A stretch of 64,000 nucleotides of DNA from contig JAQWKY010000080.1 in the NCBI GenBank assembly GCA_029247585.1, positions 5,595 to 69,594 of the forward strand, in the 5' to 3' direction. The translations under genes were made by a program, and so were the position numbers. Source of the stretch: Flavobacteriales bacterium. Lineage in GTDB: Bacteria; Bacteroidota; Bacteroidia; Flavobacteriales; UBA7430. This document shows, one piece after another, positions 59,284 to 64,000 of the stretch. Below the pieces are notes generated by a model that did no database searches, was not told where the DNA came from, and saw only the letters and a program-made list of their open reading frames with translations. The first letter of the stretch is position 1; the number at the start of each line of letters is the position of its first letter.

Positions 59284-59300
59284 AGCTCCCAAAGGGAGCT
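59284..59300 (-). terminator. Rho-independent terminator after gldN.
   Basis: agctccc-aaa-gggagct. On the minus strand it is followed by a T-run (plus-strand A-run 59278-59283). Confidence 0.7.
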
Positions 59301-59324
59301 TTATATTTTAACTTTGAAATAGGA

Positions 59325-60197
59325 TTAGTATTCCCAAAGATCACTTTCCATATTACGGATATCGTTCTTAATACGATCTGCTTCCAGAAGCTGTTGCATT
59401 CTATCTTTTTTGTATTCAAAAATAGATCTGTCGTATAAGTTCGTTTCTTTGGTAATTACAGAAGCAAACAAACGCTTTTGCAAAAACTCATCATACGTCA
59501 TTCTTTCAATACTATTCTTCGTATTATAAACTGTGGCATTTGCCAACATCTGACGCGCTTCAGGTAACCATACCCAGAACAGTTTCACTTTTTCCATCTC
59601 GTAAGTTTCTTTGTTCATGATTTCCGCTACAGGACAAATACCCAAAATACGTACATCAATAACAGATCTCTTCTTATCAAAGAAACGATCTTCAATAATT
59701 AAGAACTCTTTAACATCCTTACTTTCTACGCGAATCGTATCCAATTCACTAATAAGCTCACCAGAATCAATATCTTCATATTCTACAGTATCTATAGAGA
59801 ACAACAACTTATTAATTGACTCAACGGTTTTAACCTCATCGAAGTATTCATCTTCATAAGCCACAATAGACTGATCTTCCAATACGGATTTAAACAAATT
59901 ATCAGTCATGTTCATGCGAACTTGTCCTCCTCCCAGCTTAACTGGATACTGTGGGAAATACATCGGATGATTCTTTCTTTGTCTTAAATCTATTCTTTGT
60001 ATGTATGTTTTTGACCAAAGAATATCATCCTCTCGAACAAAAGGATAATCCAATACACGATTTTGATAGTCGTGATGCTTTACAAAAGCATGCCCATCTA
60101 AATTTGTTGGTTTGGAATCCAAAACATTGGTTTGAGCAAACATCGTTGAGCTTGCTATAAGAGCTAATCCTGTTAGGGCAACCTTTAAGATTTTCAT
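59325..60197 (-). CDS. gldN: T9SS/gliding periplasmic ring protein GldN (PorN).
   Basis: Signal peptide. 290 aa. Last gene of a K-L-M-N set. The sequence is typical of GldN (YFPQYPV..., FWVWLPEAR). Confidence 0.88.
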   Translation of the reverse strand: MKILKVALTGLALIASSTMFAQTNVLDSKPTNLDGHAFVKHHDYQNRVLDYPFVREDDILWSKTYIQRIDLRQRKNHPMYFPQYPVKLGGGQVRMNMTDNLFKSVLEDQSIVAYEDEYFDEVKTVESINKLLFSIDTVEYEDIDSGELISELDTIRVESKDVKEFLIIEDRFFDKKRSVIDVRILGICPVAEIMNKETYEMEKVKLFWVWLPEARQMLANATVYNTKNSIERMTYDEFLQKRLFASVITKETNLYDRSIFEYKKDRMQQLLEADRIKNDIRNMESDLWEY

Positions 60198-60215
60198 GAT
60201 CGCTGTGTATTTAAA

Positions 60216-61781
60216 TTACTGTACTGTTAAAACTATGGCACCACACTGTTTACGTCCGTCAGGCCCTTTGGCTTTGATGTTGGTAAACGAAATGTCGGAA
60301 CCCGGTTTAAGTTTTATAATCTTCTCTTTTACCTCAGAGGTAAACTTATTTCCTTTTACTTTAATCGTCTTTGTGTACTCCCCATCTTTAAGACGTACAT
60401 CAAAAGATTCCACCTTGTATTTTAGGTCAAACGGGAAATTCGGTAATGAGGCCACGATACCCTGAGCTTTACTCAGTTTACCCTTAGACATTGTACCTTC
60501 CTTTTTTCCGTTGATACTGGCTGTTGGAGATGGTATTCTTTTCAATCTGAAATTCATCGGACTTCCAACATTCCTACCGTTGGCCCTTACCGTGATTTTA
60601 GCTTCACCTTTTGCTTTTTTAGCAACAATTGCCTCGTACTGTCCCGGCTTGATTCTTTTAAGGGTTACGTTGGACCCAATAACCTGTAGATCTTCTGGAG
60701 AAAATCCAGGAGCTGAGACGTCTATTGGATTTGGAACCCCTTTATAAAATACGTTCATTTTGGTCGGTGAAATAACTGCCATCGGCTTCGCTACTTGGTA
60801 TTCAAAAACCTCGTCATAGGGTATTACTCCCTTTTCCGTAGTTAATAGTATTCTTGCAGCTCGTTTCTGAGTTCCTATTCCCTGAGCAACAACATTGTAC
60901 TGACCTACACCTAAATTTGAAACTCCTACGCTATCTGAATTGGAAAAATCAGGAGTTCCATCAGGATTAAATTGATTGGTAACTAACACTTCAGGGGATT
61001 GAGTAGAATCGAAAGCAGCTAAATAAATTTCTGCTCTGAAACTATCCCCTTGCATGATGTAATTTTTTGGTGAAATCACTTGCGGTATAACCGTAGTAAA
61101 CTTCATGTCATCAGCCGACACACTTGCGTATAAAGACTCTACAATTTTAGATTCAATCGTTGTAGCATCAACTTGATATTGAGATAAGAATGTTAAAACG
61201 GCAATGAGTGGCACATTATTAAACACACCCACTTCCCAAGGCACCCTAATTTCATCTTTTAAAACTTCCTGAGTATCAAAGTTGGAGAGAATTACATTTT
61301 TCAGCTCTTCATCGTTCTGAACCACATCAAGACCCAATAAAAAATCTTTGTATTCATTGATTTTTACGCGAAGCTCCTCACCCTTTAAATCGGGCTTCAT
61401 AAGCATCAAGTTAGAGACTTTTGATTTATTATCAGCACCTTTTGGTTCTTCGGTTCCTTCTATAAAGCCTCCCGTATTTTCAATGAGTAAGTCTGAGAGC
61501 TCACTAATGTAAAGGTTAATATCACCTGCTTTCTTTTGAACAGCTTGAGCGAGTTCAAATTGCCCACCTACCTTCTCCGGAAAGTTTGTAGCACTTTCTT
61601 CAAATTGGGTGTAAAGCACATCAGATTGCTGATTGATATTGGTGAGGTTGGCTTTCAAAGAGTTGTTAACCTTTGCAAAAGCCTTCAACATGTCTTTAGA
61701 AATATTTAGAGCCAATAGGGCAGTCAACACGAGATACATCATGTTAATCATTTTCTGCCTTGGTGAATTTCCTGAAGCCAT
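60216..61781 (-). CDS. gldM: T9SS/gliding motor-associated protein GldM (PorM).
   Basis: The N-terminus SPRQKMINMMYLVLTALLALNIS is the hallmark GldM TM segment. Length 521 aa. Confidence 0.93.
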   Translation of the reverse strand: MASGNSPRQKMINMMYLVLTALLALNISKDMLKAFAKVNNSLKANLTNINQQSDVLYTQFEESATNFPEKVGGQFELAQAVQKKAGDINLYISELSDLLIENTGGFIEGTEEPKGADNKSKVSNLMLMKPDLKGEELRVKINEYKDFLLGLDVVQNDEELKNVILSNFDTQEVLKDEIRVPWEVGVFNNVPLIAVLTFLSQYQVDATTIESKIVESLYASVSADDMKFTTVIPQVISPKNYIMQGDSFRAEIYLAAFDSTQSPEVLVTNQFNPDGTPDFSNSDSVGVSNLGVGQYNVVAQGIGTQKRAARILLTTEKGVIPYDEVFEYQVAKPMAVISPTKMNVFYKGVPNPIDVSAPGFSPEDLQVIGSNVTLKRIKPGQYEAIVAKKAKGEAKITVRANGRNVGSPMNFRLKRIPSPTASINGKKEGTMSKGKLSKAQGIVASLPNFPFDLKYKVESFDVRLKDGEYTKTIKVKGNKFTSEVKEKIIKLKPGSDISFTNIKAKGPDGRKQCGAIVLTVQ

Positions 61782-61805
61782 TAATTACGCTTTTAGTCGT
61801 TAAAA

Positions 61806-62441
61806 TTATTTATTCGAATTCATGGCACTAAGCATGTTGCCGTACACACTGTTTAATGCATTTAAATTCTCTCTCAACTGAGCCATCTCTTCTTGCATCT
61901 GTTGTGCATCACTTAAAGAATAAGACATATTAGACGCCATTTGTCTAGTGGCTTCTGTCTGCTCAATAGTAGATGCAATCTGGGCTTCATACTGAGAATT
62001 GATGTTTTCTAAGTTTTTAGCAGCTGCAGAAACTTGGGTACTGTACTCATTCGTACTTGAAGCAATGTCAGAAACAGAACCTAGACCATTAGCGGCATCA
62101 CTAACTTTCTTTAGCCCTTCACCTAAACTTTGAATCAACTCTTGATCAACATTTGCATTTTCAAGCATTTGATCTAGTTCTTCAACTGGACTTTCAGGCG
62201 CACTTTTCTTACCACTTAGCTGAGGATAAACTAAAGACCAATCATATTCAGCATGTGGTTTTTCAAAACCAGAGATAAAGAAAATAACAGCTTCAGTAGT
62301 TAAACCAAGCGTCAACATTAAATCTGCTCCATCCCAGTGTAAGATTTTAAACATGGCTCCCAAAATAACAACCGAAGCACCCCAACCATAAAGCTTAGAC
62401 ATTAAGTCTTTACCCTGCTTGCTTTCAAAAAATTTCATCAT
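61806..62441 (-). CDS. gldL: T9SS/gliding motor protein GldL (PorL).
   Basis: Two N-terminal TM helices (LYGWGASVVILGAMFKILHW and TLGLTTEAVIFFISGFE) with the conserved Glu, and a cytoplasmic coiled-coil tail. Length 211 aa. Confidence 0.9.
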   Translation of the reverse strand: MMKFFESKQGKDLMSKLYGWGASVVILGAMFKILHWDGADLMLTLGLTTEAVIFFISGFEKPHAEYDWSLVYPQLSGKKSAPESPVEELDQMLENANVDQELIQSLGEGLKKVSDAANGLGSVSDIASSTNEYSTQVSAAAKNLENINSQYEAQIASTIEQTEATRQMASNMSYSLSDAQQMQEEMAQLRENLNALNSVYGNMLSAMNSNK

Positions 62442-62465
62442 AACTTAAAAAGTTTTATTTGCGGA

Positions 62466-63791
62466 TTAATAACCGAAGTCAACCGTTTCTACTCCTGCAT
62501 ACGTTTTCACACATCGGAAACCTATGTAACACTTAGAAGTATCTTGATATTCATAATCTCTTGAAGCCACTTGTAAAAAAGCTCCAACATCTTTCCACGA
62601 ACCACCTTTCACAACTTTTCTTTTAAGCATTGGATGTGCGTCCTTATCAGCATCATAAGTGTAGAATGGATTCATATCAGCAACAAACATGGAAGCTGTT
62701 GGTTCAAATGGAGTTGAAGTCCATTCGGAAACGTTTCCAGACATGTTAAATAGGTCGTAATCATTTCTTGTGTAGGATTCAGAAGGTGCAGTAAATGCAT
62801 AACCATCAGCCAAGTAATCTCCTCTTAAAGGTTTAAAGTTAGCCAAGAAACATCCTTTGCTATTTCTAGAGTAAGGTCCACCCCATGGGTAAATCGAATG
62901 TTCTTTACCTCCTCGAGCGGCATATTCCCATTCAGCCTCAGTAGGAAGACGGAATTCCGTTTCGTATTTCTGCTGATAAGACGTCAATTGTTTCATTCGA
63001 ATACCTGTTCTCCAGTTACAGAAGGCGCTTGCTTGCTCCCAGTTCACACCCACAACAGGGTATTCTCCATAGGCAGGATGCCAAAAGTAAGTATTAAACA
63101 TAGGCTCATTGAATGTGTATGAGAAATCATGTGCCCAAGCTAATGTATCAGGGTAAACTAAAACCTCTGCTTGGTGAACTAAATTCTGACGAGAAAACCC
63201 TTCACGGTAAGTATTCGTTTCCGAATCAAAACGATTTTCTCTTTGGGCAGCTGGTGATTTATCAACCCATGAGTATTTGTAACTCCATGAGCGAGAATCA
63301 AACTCCTTTTGGCCCATAATTCTCTCTTCTAAAGGTAGGTATAACTCTTCAAGAGTGAGTTCCAGTTCTTCATTACCCTCCCATTCAATGTCTGTACTCC
63401 AATTTAAATATGGGTTTTCTAAAAACTCACCATCAGGTGTTTCTTCAATATACTCATATCCTTCAACCATGGCTTCTGCCAATAAAGTTCGAGCTATAGA
63501 GTCTCTAACCCAATGCACAAACTGACGATATTCGTTGTTTGTAATTTCGGTTTGATCCATATAAAAGGAATGCATGGTTACCAATTTTTTCGGAGTGGTG
63601 TGTGCATAAGGCACGTCACCATCATTCGCTCCCATAGTAAATGTTCCTCTTGGAATTTTAACCATTCCATAAGGGTCTGTCGGATAAAATTCTGACAGTT
63701 CTTGAACACCAACTAACTCGCCTCTCGATGAAGTACTGCAACTACTGAAAATAGTTGCTACTATAACTCCAAGTAAAAGTATCTTTCTCAT
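62466..63791 (-). CDS. gldK: T9SS/gliding lipoprotein GldK (PorK), SUMF1/FGE-fold.
   Basis: Lipoprotein signal IFSSCSTS. FGE-sulfatase-like motifs (TEITNNEYRQF, RLPTEAEWEYAARGG, NVSEWT, KGGSW). Confidence 0.93.
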   Translation of the reverse strand: MRKILLLGVIVATIFSSCSTSSRGELVGVQELSEFYPTDPYGMVKIPRGTFTMGANDGDVPYAHTTPKKLVTMHSFYMDQTEITNNEYRQFVHWVRDSIARTLLAEAMVEGYEYIEETPDGEFLENPYLNWSTDIEWEGNEELELTLEELYLPLEERIMGQKEFDSRSWSYKYSWVDKSPAAQRENRFDSETNTYREGFSRQNLVHQAEVLVYPDTLAWAHDFSYTFNEPMFNTYFWHPAYGEYPVVGVNWEQASAFCNWRTGIRMKQLTSYQQKYETEFRLPTEAEWEYAARGGKEHSIYPWGGPYSRNSKGCFLANFKPLRGDYLADGYAFTAPSESYTRNDYDLFNMSGNVSEWTSTPFEPTASMFVADMNPFYTYDADKDAHPMLKRKVVKGGSWKDVGAFLQVASRDYEYQDTSKCYIGFRCVKTYAGVETVDFGY

Positions 63792-63832
63792 TTTTGTTGT
63801 TTTTCCTACAATTTACAAATAAGCAGTTCCCA

Positions 63833-64000
63833 TTAATTATATCGGATGTTTCGATAATGCGTTGGCAATTTAGCCGCAGGGCGCATTTTGAACGAATATC
63901 GCAATAATATTTCGTGTGAACCACTTGACTCAGATTTTAAATCTGAAGTGGTTATATCATATGCATAGCCAAACTTTAGGTTCTCATTAATATTGTAACC
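63833..64000 (-). CDS. C-terminal 55 codons of a PorP/SprF-family T9SS membrane protein. The start lies beyond the window and the ORF is not in the track.
   Basis: The minus-strand frame from 64000 reads GYNINENLKFGYAYDITTSDLKSESSGSHEILLRYSFKMRPAAKLPTHYRNIRYN-stop (tta at 63833-63835). GY(A/S)YD...GSHEI.L.Y.F is the C-terminal pattern I recall for PorP/SprF. It lies 41 nt upstream of gldK. Confidence 0.7.
   Translation of the reverse strand, partial: GYNINENLKFGYAYDITTSDLKSESSGSHEILLRYSFKMRPAAKLPTHYRNIRYN

Noticed and set aside
63742-63924. 60-aa minus-strand track ORF overlapping the gldK start.
   Set aside because: It overlaps the well-supported gldK N-terminus and the porP-like frame, and its composition is Cys/Asn-rich and odd.
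63919-63953. Bulged hairpin (aaccact...tcagatttt aaatctga agtggtt) that first looked like a terminator upstream of gldK.
   Set aside because: It lies inside the partial PorP/SprF-like coding frame (63833-64000) and has no U-tract on either strand.

Overview
This is a chromosomal segment of a Bacteroidota genome, probably Flavobacteriia-like. The evidence is a gldK-gldL-gldM-gldN type IX secretion (T9SS) operon preceded by a PorP/SprF-like gene, several proteins with T9SS C-terminal sorting domains, TonB-dependent receptors with CarboxypepD_reg-like N-termini, and many TAnnTTTG -7 promoter boxes. Most of the window is ordinary housekeeping: mnmA, htpG, pyrE, coaD, rsmD, birA, rsfS, ftsH, cdsA, psd, era, der, an initiator tRNA-Met, an ABC-F ATPase and O-acetylhomoserine sulfhydrylase. 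No CRISPR array, rRNA, transposase, integrase or prophage signal was seen. Five things stand out. (1) The first 9.1 kb looks empty in the supplied ORF track but is one uninterrupted minus-strand ORF. It starts at ATG 9095 and runs off the window at position 1, giving at least 3031 codons. I checked every codon by hand and found no stop. It encodes a giant secreted protein built from more than 60 copies of a two-cysteine ~26-33 aa repeat, a 189-bp near-identical tandem array with thrombospondin-type-3-like acidic motifs, a second Cys/Tyr repeat class, and an unnamed ~100-aa 'TGxNMT...WGDD' module. (2) That module and the Cys repeat recur in a small protein just upstream (9138-9683). They also recur 45 kb away in a 528-aa protein (54660-56246) next to an LPX-type leucine-rich-repeat protein, close to the T9SS core operon. 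(3) A tightly coupled five-gene operon at 21941->15039 encodes DUF4856, imelysin, an HTTM domain protein, a TonB receptor and an FTR1/EfeU permease. It looks like an EfeUO-type iron system extended across the outer membrane, with HTTM in the place of EfeB. (4) A lipoprotein / TonB receptor / Fur-family / tpx cluster has a candidate operator. (5) A glycan locus (DUF6377 regulator, GH3 and CBM-like proteins) lacks SusC/D and depends on T9SS. All functional calls come from motifs I recognised in the translations. No database search was run.
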